Assembly: GCA_963705255.1 (NCBI GenBank)
Contig: OY970061.1
Coordinates: 2,048,001 to 2,112,000 of the forward strand
DNA length: 64,000 nucleotides
Direction of reading: 5' to 3'
Source of the DNA: an uncultured Methanoregulaceae archaeon
GTDB lineage: Archaea; Halobacteriota; Methanomicrobia; Methanomicrobiales; Methanospirillaceae
Under the pieces are notes generated by a model, which saw nothing but the letters and a program-made list of their open reading frames with translations, searched no databases and had not been told where the DNA came from. Positions within the stretch are counted from its first letter, which is position 1, and each line of letters starts with the position of its first letter. This document shows, one piece after another, positions 29,876-42,424 of this stretch. The translations under genes were made by a program, and so were the position numbers.

Positions 29876-30060
29876 AGTCGAAGAAATTTTGATGAATCTC
29901 ATCTCCTGCCTGTTTTTCTCTCAGTGCTGATACTGACATGGTCGAAGAAATTCTTTTTTGAATTTCTTCTCCAGCCTGCCCTTCCCTGCGGGATCCGAGA
30001 GGTTCGACAGAACCTCGAGGAGGAGGAGAATTCATCAGAATTCTTCGACCAAGGCAGGCT
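29876..30060. repeat. Modular hairpin repeat, copy E
   Basis: GGTCGAAGAAATTC-t6-GAATTTCTTCTCC and GAGAGGTTCGA..GAACCTCGAGGAGGAG...TTCTTCGACC, the latter enclosed by AGCCTGCC/GGCAGGCT. Confidence 0.8.
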
Positions 30061-30103
30061 ATCATAAACTCCATAACCCCCCCCGGCCCAGTATTATAGG
30101 ATT

Positions 30104-31399
30104 TTGATGCGCATACCCATACAATCAGTGACGCCGGAGTGCGGCCACGCGGAGATCTGCGGCTGGGTCCACGAGGTCAGGGATCTCGGGGGCCTCGCGT
30201 TCTTTTTGATCCGCGACCGGACCGGCATCATCCAGGTGACCATCCCGAAGAAGAAGGCTCCCGAGGCGGTGCTTGCCGCCGCAAAAGCGGTCTCCCGCGA
30301 ATCGGTCGTCCGGGTAACCGGGACCGTGAAGGCGATCGACAAGGCTCCCGGCGGCCGTGAACTGGTGCCCGAGACCTTCGAGATCGTCTCCCTTGCGGAG
30401 ACCCCGCTCCCCCTCGATGTATCCGAGAAGGTCCCGGTCGAGCTGGATACCCGGCTCGATGCCCGGTTCCTTGACGTGCGGAGGCCCCGGGTTGCTGCGG
30501 TCTTCGAGATCCGCAGCGCGGCCCTGCATGCCATCAACCAGTATTTCCACCACGAGGGGTTCACCAACATCACCACGCCCAAGATTGTCGCAGCAGCAAC
30601 CGAGGGCGGGACCGAGCTGTTTCCCATAGCGTACTTCGACAAGGAGGCTTTCCTCAACCAGAGCCCCCAGCTCTACAAGCAGATGATGATGGCGGCAGGC
30701 TGCGAGAAGGTGTACCAGATCGGCCCGATCTTCCGTGCCGAGGAGCATAACACCACGAAGCACCTGAACGAGGCGACCAGTATCGATATCGAGGTCTCGT
30801 TTGCAGACCACTTTGAGGTCATGCGCATCCTCGAGGATCTCATTGTCAGGGTCTACGGGTACGTGAACGGGACGTGTTCTCCCCAGCTCGCAAACCTGGA
30901 AATTACGGACTTCCCCTTGCCGAAAGCCCCGTTCCCCCGGCTCCCGTACAGTGAAGCAATCGAGATCGCGAAGAAGCAGATCGAGGACCCCCTCAGGTAT
31001 GGCGATGACATCAGCCCCGCGGCCGAGCGTGCGATCGGTGCTGAGATGGGCGGCCACTACTTCATCGTGGACTGGCCCAGCGAGATCCGTCCCTACTACG
31101 CAATGCAGTACCAGAACGATCCCTCGATCTGCAAGGCGTTCGACCTGATGCACCCGCGGATGGAACTCTCGAGCGGGGCCCAGCGGGAGCACAGGTACGA
31201 CCGGCTCGTGCACCAGATCAGCAGGAAAGGTCTCAACCCCGGGAGCTTCGAGTTCTACCTCCGCCCGTTCCGGTACGGCATGCCCCCCCACGCAGGCTGG
31301 GGTCTCGGGGCAGAGCGGCTGGTCATGACCATGCTCGGCCTTTCCAATGTGCGGGAAGCGGTCCTGTTCCCGCGGGACATGCACCGGCTGGTCCCCTGA
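30104..31399 (+). CDS. aspS: Aspartate--tRNA ligase (archaeal type)
   Basis: GWVHEVRDLGG, QSPQLYKQ, FRAEEHNT and GMPPHAGWGLGAER motifs. Confidence 0.97.
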   Translation: MMRIPIQSVTPECGHAEICGWVHEVRDLGGLAFFLIRDRTGIIQVTIPKKKAPEAVLAAAKAVSRESVVRVTGTVKAIDKAPGGRELVPETFEIVSLAETPLPLDVSEKVPVELDTRLDARFLDVRRPRVAAVFEIRSAALHAINQYFHHEGFTNITTPKIVAAATEGGTELFPIAYFDKEAFLNQSPQLYKQMMMAAGCEKVYQIGPIFRAEEHNTTKHLNEATSIDIEVSFADHFEVMRILEDLIVRVYGYVNGTCSPQLANLEITDFPLPKAPFPRLPYSEAIEIAKKQIEDPLRYGDDISPAAERAIGAEMGGHYFIVDWPSEIRPYYAMQYQNDPSICKAFDLMHPRMELSSGAQREHRYDRLVHQISRKGLNPGSFEFYLRPFRYGMPPHAGWGLGAERLVMTMLGLSNVREAVLFPRDMHRLVP

Positions 31400-31460
31400 C
31401 CACGAACTATTTTTACACACGGGACAATCCAGCTGTAGCAGACACCTGCCCGGATCCCTT

Positions 31461-32366
31461 ATGGCAAAAGCGTATTTCATCAATAAAGTGCTGGCAACTA
31501 CGGTAGTCGGCAGCTACCCGGTCACGAAGGGCGGGGGACTGCGGAGCCTCTTCGACCCGCTCCACGCTGCAGTAGAGACTGCGGTCGCGGACCAGATTGC
31601 TGCCGGCATCGACATCATCTCGGACGGACAGGTCCGGGGGGACATGATCCAGATGTTCACCGCACGACTGCCAGGTATCAGAGGGCAGGACGTGATCGGC
31701 AAGGTGGAACCGGCCGCAGGCGCTATAACCGTTGGCGACACGAAGTATGCCCTCTCGAAAGCCCCGAAGGTCAAGGGGATCATCACCGGCCCTTCCACGC
31801 TCGCACACGACCTCCATATCAGCACCCCGATGTACCGGAACAAGGAGGAGCTCGCGCTCGACCTTGCCGCAGCCCTCATTGTCGAGGCAAAGAGCCTGGA
31901 GGCTGCCGGGGTGGCCCTGCTCCAGATCGATGAGCCGATCCTCTCGACCGGCATCGCCGATCTCGCGGTGGGGAAGCAGGCCGTGGAGATGATCACATCG
32001 GCAATCCGCATCCCTGTCTGCATGCACGTCTGCGGGAACCTTGCAAACGTGCTCGACGAACTCCTGAAGTTCAATGTCAATGTACTGGACTTCGAGTTCT
32101 CTAAAAACCCGGCAAACCTCGATATCCTCTCACGCAGGGACCTTGCCGGCAAGATGCTCGGGTACGGGTGCGTAGACTCGGCTTCTGAAGAGGTTGAGCC
32201 GGTACAGGAAATCCGGAAGCGGATCGAGAAGGGTCTCGCTACGTTCGACCCGAAGATCATGCTGATAGACCCGGACTGCGGGATGCGGATGCGGAGCCGG
32301 GAGTCGGCCTACTGGAAACTCAAGAACATGGTCGAGGCGGCAAAGGAAGTACGGATTGCACTGTGA
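31461..32366 (+). CDS. Core (single-barrel) methionine synthase
   Basis: TTVVGSYP, ISDGQ, QIDEP, HVCG and DPDCG zinc-binding motifs. Confidence 0.88.
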   Translation: MAKAYFINKVLATTVVGSYPVTKGGGLRSLFDPLHAAVETAVADQIAAGIDIISDGQVRGDMIQMFTARLPGIRGQDVIGKVEPAAGAITVGDTKYALSKAPKVKGIITGPSTLAHDLHISTPMYRNKEELALDLAAALIVEAKSLEAAGVALLQIDEPILSTGIADLAVGKQAVEMITSAIRIPVCMHVCGNLANVLDELLKFNVNVLDFEFSKNPANLDILSRRDLAGKMLGYGCVDSASEEVEPVQEIRKRIEKGLATFDPKIMLIDPDCGMRMRSRESAYWKLKNMVEAAKEVRIAL

Positions 32367-32733
32367 GCCGTGAATTTTTTCCTGCTGAATATCAGATCTG
32401 AAGCCCCGCTACGGGCACACCGGTTTTTTTGTCTATTGCACCCTGCTGATAAATCCGGCGCGGATTTGATCGGCCCAAAATTATCTTTGCCGTATGTCCG
32501 ATCGGGGCAAAATACCTCCGGTTCCCTTCAGATCGCACCAAAAGGGTCCGGCACAGGAGTATTTGATCCGGGTAATCTCCCATGGTACCAAATTATCTCC
32601 CCTCAACGGTTTGCGCAGCAATAGCAATGACGCATCCGGTTGTCGTGTAAAGGATTGGGGGAACCTCCAGGAAACCGCAGGGAACAACACCCGTCAATAC
32701 GGAAAGGTCCGAATTCCGGGCCACATCCCTGGT

Positions 32734-33108
32734 TCAGTGGATGTAATCCCGTAATTTCCGGATAAGGGCGAGCTGCTGGTTCGCCTCTTCCTTCTTCTCT
32801 GTCTCGATGCTGTTCATGATCTCGGTGATGGGTCTGGCCAGTGTGTAGATCTTCGTCGGGCGTCCTATGGTTTCTGCCGAAACTTCGCGGCTCCGGATCC
32901 ATCCCTTCTCCGAGAGGGACCGCATGGCCATGCTAACCTCGGGCTGGCGCAGGTCGATCCCGCGTTCGATCTCATGGGACGATGCCTCCGGGGTATTTGC
33001 CAGAAACACCAGTACCTTGGCAATATTTTTCCTGGTTCCTATCTCGATCAGGAGGTTGGCAAACTCTTCTTCTTCATCGGTAAAATACAGAACGTTTTTC
33101 TCTTTCAT
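32734..33108 (-). CDS. Archaeal wHTH transcriptional regulator
   Basis: SHEIERGIDLRQPEVS and GRPTKIY motifs. Confidence 0.85.
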   Translation of the reverse strand: MKEKNVLYFTDEEEEFANLLIEIGTRKNIAKVLVFLANTPEASSHEIERGIDLRQPEVSMAMRSLSEKGWIRSREVSAETIGRPTKIYTLARPITEIMNSIETEKKEEANQQLALIRKLRDYIH

Positions 33109-33279
33109 GGTGCTCCCGGTTTTTTATCCGGCCCTCTTTATCATGATTTTTAAATATTCCCATAAATGCATTCCGGTATTACCACGGAAACAGGCGCAAC
33201 TCTCAGGATACCTCGACATGATCGGGAGTAACTCTCCCGGAATTCCCGCACCGGGTTCAAAAAAGCGTGAGGGGTTCCG

Positions 33280-33903
33280 TTACACGACTCTCGATGTTGT
33301 CGACGCCTCGATGCCCTTATCGGTGATGATGAACGGGAGCAGCCGCTGGGGTGCTGCCGAGTCCTTGATCTTGTGGACAGCAAGTGTCCGCTCAATCTCT
33401 GCCTGATGGATCTCCGTCTTGAACTCAATGACAATATCCGCTGCACGCATGATCCGGGTCATTTCCATGGGCGGGTGGATGCCGGTATAGACGACAAACA
33501 TCAGGTTTGCGCCGCGTTTCTTCATCTCATCGCGGGCGAGGCGCAGGAACTTCAGCGCCCCGTCAATCCCGTACCTGACGACAATGGCGGAGAGCGAGTC
33601 CACGACAATCCTCCCGCCGGCCATCTGTGTGAGGTACATCTCGGGATGCATTTCAGAGGCGTCGACCATGCCGGTATCGACATCGCCATCGTTCATGAAG
33701 TACGTGCCCTCTTCCCCACCTTCCGCCTTCCAGAACTGCATGGCGGCCAGGTCGACCCCGGCGAGCGGCGTCCCGTAGATCATGATGAGGGTCCCCTCGG
33801 GAAACCCGCCGTCAAGGAGGAGGTTGAGCCCTACGATACCGGTGGTCCGCTTCTTGTACCTCCCGCCAGCCGGGATGTCAAAGATGCGGCTTGTCGTGTC
33901 CAT
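33280..33903 (-). CDS. KaiC/RAD55-family protein with a degenerate P-loop
   Basis: TTGIVGLNLLLDGGFP, IVVDSLS and ADIVIEF motifs; Walker A reads GTPLAGVD. Confidence 0.82.
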   Translation of the reverse strand: MDTTSRIFDIPAGGRYKKRTTGIVGLNLLLDGGFPEGTLIMIYGTPLAGVDLAAMQFWKAEGGEEGTYFMNDGDVDTGMVDASEMHPEMYLTQMAGGRIVVDSLSAIVVRYGIDGALKFLRLARDEMKKRGANLMFVVYTGIHPPMEMTRIMRAADIVIEFKTEIHQAEIERTLAVHKIKDSAAPQRLLPFIITDKGIEASTTSRVV

Positions 33904-33995
33904 CGGGGATGCACCGGAGAGTATTATTGAATATCTGCTTAAAAAGTTTGTGGGGTCACGGGCGATTTTGTCGCAGAATATCCCTCTATTCCGGA

Positions 33996-35537
33996 TTAGG
34001 AGTCCGTTCCGCCGAACTTTTGCCGGAGGTCCCTGCGCAGCAGCTTCCAGCCATGGACGCGGGGCAGCGAATCAACGAGAATGAGTTTCCGGGGAACCTT
34101 GTACCCTGCCATGTGGTCCCTGCAATAGGTCGCAAACTCCGGTTCTGTCAATGATGTACCGGGCCTGAGCACAACGGCAGCGACCGGAACTTCGCCTCTG
34201 CGTTCGTCCGGAACCCCGAACACTGCAACGTCTGCAACCGCAGGGTGCCGGACGATCATGTTCTCAACTTCAGTCGGATAAACCTTCCAGCCGGACATGA
34301 TGATCATGTCCTTTTTCCTGTCGGTGATGCAGAGGATGCCTTCCGTATCAAGGTTCCCGATATCGCCGGTCAGGAACCAGCCGTCATGCCGGAATACTTC
34401 ACGGGTCGCTTCCGGCATGTTCCAGTACCCTTTTGCAACTGCCGGGCCCCGGAGTGCGATCTCGCCGATCTCGCCGGAAGGCATCTCTTTTTCAGGATCT
34501 TCCGTGTCAACGATCCGTATCTCCGTATACCCGACTGCAACCCCTACGCTCTGATATCCTTTCGTGAGGTGCGGGTACTCCGGGAGCGTGGTTGTTCCCG
34601 AACCGATCACGATCGTCTCCGAAAGGCCGTACGAGTTCGCCACCGCGATGTGGTAGCGCCGGTCGAACGCCTCCCAGACCGCAGGCAGGAGCTGCCCGCC
34701 ACCCGATATGATGACCCGGGCATGCCGGAGCCGCTGCTCGGTCCCGGGAGGGGAGTGGACGAGCGAGTGGATGACCGGTGGCATGCCGGCCAGAATCGTC
34801 ACCTCGTGTTTTTCTGCAAGGGAAAGATACTGCTCACCCTCGAACCGCTCCATCATGACGTACGTCCCGCCGGCGCGGATGACCGAGAGCCCCCACGAGA
34901 TCCCGACATGGCCCATGGGGTAGATCCCGAGGTAGGTATCGACCGGGCGGAGCCTGAGGGCGTCACGTTCCGTGTCAAGTGCCGTCATCCAGTTGCCATG
35001 CGTGAGCATGGCGCCCTTGGGCTTTCCGGTCGTTCCCGCAGTGTACTGAATGTGGCTGAGGTCCTCAGTCGAGCAGTTGGCCGCACGCATGCTGGCCGGG
35101 GCAGGAGGGAAGGACGCCCATTCCACCGATCCCTTGCAGGAACCGTCAGTGCAGATGATATGGCGGACGGCGGGGACATGCTGGCGGATGCTGCTGACGA
35201 CCGATGCTCCCTGCAGGTCGGTAATTACCGCAATGGCGCCGGCATCATTGAGCACGTGCAGCAGTTCCTCACCCTTGTACACGATGTTGGTAGGGACCGC
35301 GACTGCACCGATCCGCCAGAGCGCAAAATAACTGATGAGGTATTCCGGTGAGCTGTCAAGATAGATGCAGACCCGGTCCCCCTTTTCCACACCGAGATTT
35401 ACAAGGCCGAGGCCGACCCTGTTCATCTCGTCCCGGAGGCTCCCGTAACTGTAACTCTCGTTCCGGGAAGGGCAGATGAGGGCGGCTTTGCTGGCCGGAA
35501 CGCTTTTTGCATCGAGGAGCGTAGTGACGTTGGACAT
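33996..35537 (-). CDS. Acyl-CoA synthetase (class I adenylate-forming enzyme)
   Basis: YTAGTTGKPKG, YGLSET, TGDIG and YKVPR motifs. Confidence 0.92.
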   Translation of the reverse strand: MSNVTTLLDAKSVPASKAALICPSRNESYSYGSLRDEMNRVGLGLVNLGVEKGDRVCIYLDSSPEYLISYFALWRIGAVAVPTNIVYKGEELLHVLNDAGAIAVITDLQGASVVSSIRQHVPAVRHIICTDGSCKGSVEWASFPPAPASMRAANCSTEDLSHIQYTAGTTGKPKGAMLTHGNWMTALDTERDALRLRPVDTYLGIYPMGHVGISWGLSVIRAGGTYVMMERFEGEQYLSLAEKHEVTILAGMPPVIHSLVHSPPGTEQRLRHARVIISGGGQLLPAVWEAFDRRYHIAVANSYGLSETIVIGSGTTTLPEYPHLTKGYQSVGVAVGYTEIRIVDTEDPEKEMPSGEIGEIALRGPAVAKGYWNMPEATREVFRHDGWFLTGDIGNLDTEGILCITDRKKDMIIMSGWKVYPTEVENMIVRHPAVADVAVFGVPDERRGEVPVAAVVLRPGTSLTEPEFATYCRDHMAGYKVPRKLILVDSLPRVHGWKLLRRDLRQKFGGTDS

Positions 35538-35698
35538 ATGAGACGGCTACTTCAGACCGTAAAAAAATTGGACGCTGATGTATATAGTTGTTCATTCCCC
35601 CGTGCAGGAATATGACACTGCCTCAGGTATTTCGGGCCGATTTACCGGGAATGCCAAACTATTTGTGGTTCCTGCCCCGATTAATCAGTCTGACACGT

Positions 35699-36031
35699 AT
35701 GGCTGAAGAGAACCAGCAGACACAGGATCCCCCCGTCCAGCCGGAGCGGCCATTACCGACACCGGAGAATCCGGGGACTCCCCAGAATAACCGGCAACCG
35801 CGGCGAGACCGGGGCAGGTACCCCGGTGGCCAGAGGCACCATTTCCGCCGGGAACAGCCCCCGGACCCGGCTGCGGGAAAACCGGTGGAGCCTGCGGAAG
35901 AGGATGCAGGTACCGATGACGACGAAGAGACTGAACGTGACCGCTCATCATCTCAGCACCGGCACCGCCGCGGCGGCAGGCCGGAAAAGAGAATAATCGA
36001 GGAATGGGCAAACGACCCGTACTGCGAGTAG
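35699..36031 (+). CDS. Small disordered protein
   Basis: Low-complexity P/Q/R/E ORF ending IIEEWANDPYCE. Confidence 0.5.
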   Translation: MAEENQQTQDPPVQPERPLPTPENPGTPQNNRQPRRDRGRYPGGQRHHFRREQPPDPAAGKPVEPAEEDAGTDDDEETERDRSSSQHRHRRGGRPEKRIIEEWANDPYCE

Positions 36032-36227
36032 CCGGACCGGAGCGCGGCTGGCGGGGTTTGCAAATCTTTTTTTGGGGTAGAGTTCAGTGGGAGAGATCCC
36101 TCTTGGGGAACCGTCTTTCACGGGGATGGCACCTCTCATTAAACGATGGCAATTCCTCTCGGGCCTGATAACCGGTACTCCAAAACAACCAAGAAAAACC
36201 GGTAAAACGTGGGTAATAAAAGAGAGA

Positions 36228-38647
<2,420 letters not shown>

Positions 38648-38689
38648 TACCTTAAAGGTCATATACGCAGGGATTTATAAGTACTGATA

Positions 38690-39910
38690 ATGAGGGTCCT
38701 TATTCTCGATCCATTTCACGGGGCGGCGGGCGACATGGTCTCCGGGGCACTGCTGGACTGCGGGGCGGACGAGAGCCTCGTCGTCCGGGCAATGCAGTCT
38801 GTTGTTGCCGAACCCGTGATAACCCGCGTCACGAGAGCCGGCATCCGGGCGGTAAAAGTGGATACCCGGGCGACACCGGCCCACCGCACGCTTGCCGACG
38901 TGTTCAAACGGCTTGACGAGGCCGCTCCCCGCGTTCCGGGACCGGCCCTCGCCATGGCCCGCCGGGTCTTTGAACGGATCCACGCGGCAGAAGAAGAAGT
39001 TCACGGGGCCCACGCCCACTTCCACGAAGTCGGGGCCGATGACGCGATCGCGGACGTGATCGGTGCATGCACGGCCCTTCACTCGCTCGAAGTCGATGGC
39101 GTCAGGGTCCTGCCCGTCACCGTGGGACACGGGACCGCAACCGGCTCCCATGGTACGTTTCCGGTCCCGGCTCCGGCAACTGCCGTGATCCTCAGGACCA
39201 GCGGGCTCGTCTCCGTCCCCGGCAACCATATGGGCGAGCTCTGCACGCCAACCGGGGCGGCACTCCTCGCGGAATTCGCCACCATGGCCGTTGCCGAACC
39301 CGCTGCATACACAATCGAGGCTGTCGGGTACGGGGCCGGTACACGGGATCCGCATCACGCCCCCAACGTTCTGAGAGCGATGATTGTCCAGACGACCGGG
39401 AGCGGGGCTTCCCGTGCAATGCCCGAAGACTGCGTGGATATCCTTGAGACAAACGTGGACGATGTAAGCGGGGAAGTGATCGCCCACGCGATCACGCGGT
39501 TCATGGAAGCCGGTGCACGGGATGCAAGCGCCACACCGGTTATCATGAAGAAAGGCCGCCCGGGCTTCCTCATCCGGGTGATCAGCCTGCCGGAAACAAG
39601 CACGCCGCTCGCGGAACTGATGGCACGCGAGCTCGGGACACTGGGTATCCGCTGCATCCCCGCAGTCCACCGCTTCATCGCGGAGCGGTCTGTCGAAGAG
39701 GTGGAGGTCGAAATTTCCGGGATACGCCGGAAGGTGCCGCTGAAGTGCGGGTGGATGAACGGTTCCGTATATAGGGTAAAAGCTGAGTTCGGGCCGGCCA
39801 GGGACTGGGCGACCGAACTTAACCTCCCGGTGAGGGAGGTACTTCGCATCATCGAAGATGCCGGCTGGAACGCCGTAAAGGCCCGGGCAGGTGGCGATGA
39901 AGACCGATAG
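38690..39910 (+). CDS. larC: Nickel pincer cofactor biosynthesis protein LarC
   Basis: GAAGDM, HFHEVGA.D, HG.FPVPAPAT, TPTGAA, ETNVDD and MKKGRPG motifs. Confidence 0.92.
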   Translation: MRVLILDPFHGAAGDMVSGALLDCGADESLVVRAMQSVVAEPVITRVTRAGIRAVKVDTRATPAHRTLADVFKRLDEAAPRVPGPALAMARRVFERIHAAEEEVHGAHAHFHEVGADDAIADVIGACTALHSLEVDGVRVLPVTVGHGTATGSHGTFPVPAPATAVILRTSGLVSVPGNHMGELCTPTGAALLAEFATMAVAEPAAYTIEAVGYGAGTRDPHHAPNVLRAMIVQTTGSGASRAMPEDCVDILETNVDDVSGEVIAHAITRFMEAGARDASATPVIMKKGRPGFLIRVISLPETSTPLAELMARELGTLGIRCIPAVHRFIAERSVEEVEVEISGIRRKVPLKCGWMNGSVYRVKAEFGPARDWATELNLPVREVLRIIEDAGWNAVKARAGGDEDR

Positions 39911-40574
39911 GCAGACAAGCGGGAACGAGGCTCTTGACGCGCTTCTTGGCGGAGGTCTCGAAATGCGGACAGTCACCCAGTTTTACGGCGAACCGGCGAG
40001 TGGCAAGAGCACGCTGTGCGCAATCGCCGCTGTTGCCACTCTCAGGGCCGGCCATGCTGTGGTGTATATTGATTCCGAGGGCTTTTCCATAGAGCGGTTC
40101 CGCCAGATCGCGGGAGCTGATACGGAAAAGATTGCCGATCGCCTCTTCCTGTTCGAACCGATCGATTTCGAGCACCAGGGGGCTATGATCGCCGAAGCAG
40201 AGAAGGTGCTCAAGGCCCACAAGCCGGGCCTGCTCGTCATGGATTCAGCAACCGCCCTGTACCGTACTGATCTTGAGAAAGGACGGGATGCCATGCAGGC
40301 CCTGACCCGGCAGATGATCCACCTCCTTGGCTATGCCAAGCGGTATGGGATCCCGGTCGTCATCACCAACCAGGTTTACATGGACACGGTGAAAAATACC
40401 TATTTCGGCCTTGGGGGAACTGCTCTTGAACATCTCTCAAAAGTGATCGTGCGGCTTGAGAAGACCGACAGCCCCGGAATCCGTCGGGCCAGGCTCGTCA
40501 AACACCGTTCCCGGCCGGAAGGTGCTTCCTTTGACTATGAGATCGTCGAGGATGGCATCAGGGTAAAAGCGTAA
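39897..40574 (+). CDS. radB: DNA repair and recombination protein RadB
   Basis: GEPASGKST, YIDSEGFS.ER, ITNQVY and C-terminal KHR motifs. Confidence 0.93.
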   Translation: MKTDRQTSGNEALDALLGGGLEMRTVTQFYGEPASGKSTLCAIAAVATLRAGHAVVYIDSEGFSIERFRQIAGADTEKIADRLFLFEPIDFEHQGAMIAEAEKVLKAHKPGLLVMDSATALYRTDLEKGRDAMQALTRQMIHLLGYAKRYGIPVVITNQVYMDTVKNTYFGLGGTALEHLSKVIVRLEKTDSPGIRRARLVKHRSRPEGASFDYEIVEDGIRVKA

Positions 40575-40678
40575 TACCCGGACTGCCGGGATATTTCCAT
40601 TCTCCTCCCCATTTTTTTATCACCGGCACGAGAAAATTGTAATGATTATATCTTCCGGGATCGAATATTTACAGTCCG

Positions 40679-42424
40679 ATGCCTCTGAGCAGCGAAATTA
40701 CCGCGCAAATCAAGGATATCCTGAAGGAGAACCCGCAGGGCCTCAGCATCACCGACCTCGTGAAGTCAGTCGGGATCAACCGGAACACTCCCGGGCGGTA
40801 CCTGGACAACCTGCTCGTGTCCGGGGAAGTCGAGATGCGCCCCTTCGGGATGTCCAAGATCTATACCCTCTCCCAGCGGATCCCTGCCTCTTCCGTACTC
40901 TCTATCTCATCTGAATTTGTCCTGCAGCTTGACGGCAACCTGCGCATCATTTTTGCCAACGATCCTTTCCTCCGGTTTCTGGGCGTCTCCTCGCAGCACC
41001 TGCTGGGGAAAAATATTGAATACACTCGTGTGGCTTTGGACTTTGAAGATGTGTTTCCTGATTTTCTCACCCGCCTCAAAACCGGGCTTTCAGGAACGGC
41101 GTGGCAGGGAGAGCTCGCCCTGCCCGGACGGGGGATGACCTTCAACAGCAGGATTGCCCCGACGGTGTTTGGCAACGGTCTGAGGGGGGTCTCGTGCCTC
41201 CTCGATGATATCACCGACAAAAAACGCACCGAAGAACGGGTCTTTGAAAGTGAAGACCGGTACCGGAAGCTCGTGGAGAGATCTCCTGATACTATCCTGC
41301 TACACCGTGACGGGAAGATTATTTATGCAAATCCCGCCGCCTTTAATCTCCTTGGCGCTTCGCGGGCTGACGAAATTGTCGGTAAACCTCTCTTTGATTT
41401 TATCAGATCCGGATACCGCGATGGCGTTATGGCAAATATCCAAAAAGATCTCGGCGGCGGTGTATCGCCACCTATGGAAGTGGAGATGATCCGGCTCGAT
41501 GGCACGTCGGTGATGATCGAGGGCTGGGGGGTACAGACATTTACCGATTGCAAACCTGCGGTTCAGGTGGCAATCAGGGATATCACCGAACGCAAACGGA
41601 CAGAGGTGGCGCTGCGCGAGAGCGAAGCCCGGTACCGTTCCCTATCAGAGGCCTCTCAGGATCTCATCTTCGTTGTCGATCGGGAGGACAAGGTGCTCTA
41701 CATCAACCACAAAGCCGCAGCTCTCCTCCGGAAACCGGCCGAAATGGTCATCAACCAGCCCCGGAGCACATTTTTCCCCCCGGATATCTCCACCCGCCAG
41801 TACGAGGCGCTCCAGCACGTGTTCAGGACCGGCCAACCGGTGAGGAGCGAGGGGCCGGTGATGATCAGGGATGAGATCCTGTGGTTTGATCATGCGCTGG
41901 TACCGATTGCGGACACGGGAGGTCGTGTTGCTTCAGTACTTGGTGTGTCACGGGATATCACAAAACGCATCAATGCAGAGCGGGAGATCCGGGAGAAAGA
42001 GGAGAATTACCGGTTCATTGCCGAACACTCTGTCGATATCATCAACCGCCAGACCCCGGAGTGCATCTGTACCTACACCTCTCCTTCCGTCACCACGCTG
42101 CTCGGGTATGCGGAGGAGGAGGTGCTGGGCAGGTGCGTGCTCGAGCTGGTGCACCCCGACGATCTTCCCGGCGTGATGAAGGATATCGGGACGATCCGCC
42201 GCCTTGGCCTTACGGATGTCACATCGGTCTTCCGGTTCCGGCACAGGGACGGGCACTACCTCTGGTTTGAGTCAACGACCAGGATCGTCCGGGACGAGGC
42301 AGGGCAGATCACGGAGTTCCTGAGCATATCTAGGGACATCACGGGACGGAAGCCGGATAGTCCATGCCAGACCAGGCCTGCCGGAATCGAACGAAGGAAA
42401 AAGAGAGGGATCAGAACGGGATGA
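40679..42424 (+). CDS. HTH plus multi-PAS sensor protein (no kinase domain)
   Basis: N-terminal wHTH (INRNT..RYL..L), repeated DIT.RK PAC motifs. Confidence 0.85.
   Translation: MPLSSEITAQIKDILKENPQGLSITDLVKSVGINRNTPGRYLDNLLVSGEVEMRPFGMSKIYTLSQRIPASSVLSISSEFVLQLDGNLRIIFANDPFLRFLGVSSQHLLGKNIEYTRVALDFEDVFPDFLTRLKTGLSGTAWQGELALPGRGMTFNSRIAPTVFGNGLRGVSCLLDDITDKKRTEERVFESEDRYRKLVERSPDTILLHRDGKIIYANPAAFNLLGASRADEIVGKPLFDFIRSGYRDGVMANIQKDLGGGVSPPMEVEMIRLDGTSVMIEGWGVQTFTDCKPAVQVAIRDITERKRTEVALRESEARYRSLSEASQDLIFVVDREDKVLYINHKAAALLRKPAEMVINQPRSTFFPPDISTRQYEALQHVFRTGQPVRSEGPVMIRDEILWFDHALVPIADTGGRVASVLGVSRDITKRINAEREIREKEENYRFIAEHSVDIINRQTPECICTYTSPSVTTLLGYAEEEVLGRCVLELVHPDDLPGVMKDIGTIRRLGLTDVTSVFRFRHRDGHYLWFESTTRIVRDEAGQITEFLSISRDITGRKPDSPCQTRPAGIERRKKRGIRTG

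Noticed and set aside
7477-30060. Hairpin repeats as a CRISPR array or integron attC sites
   Set aside because: No regular repeat-spacer periodicity, no cas or intI gene, and no RYYYAAC...GTTRRRY boundaries.
7386-30074. Short ORFs across the repeat tracts (e.g. 7529..7723, 11254..11562, 12762..12971, 23723..23923, 29850..30074)
   Set aside because: They are chance frames through palindromic sequence with no RBS or family motifs.
32370-36200. Weak similarity of the intergenic tracts at ~32500 and ~36090 to the 10920-11070 region (GGAGGTATTT, AGGGATCTC)
   Set aside because: The matches are about 10 nt or less, too short to support homology by eye.
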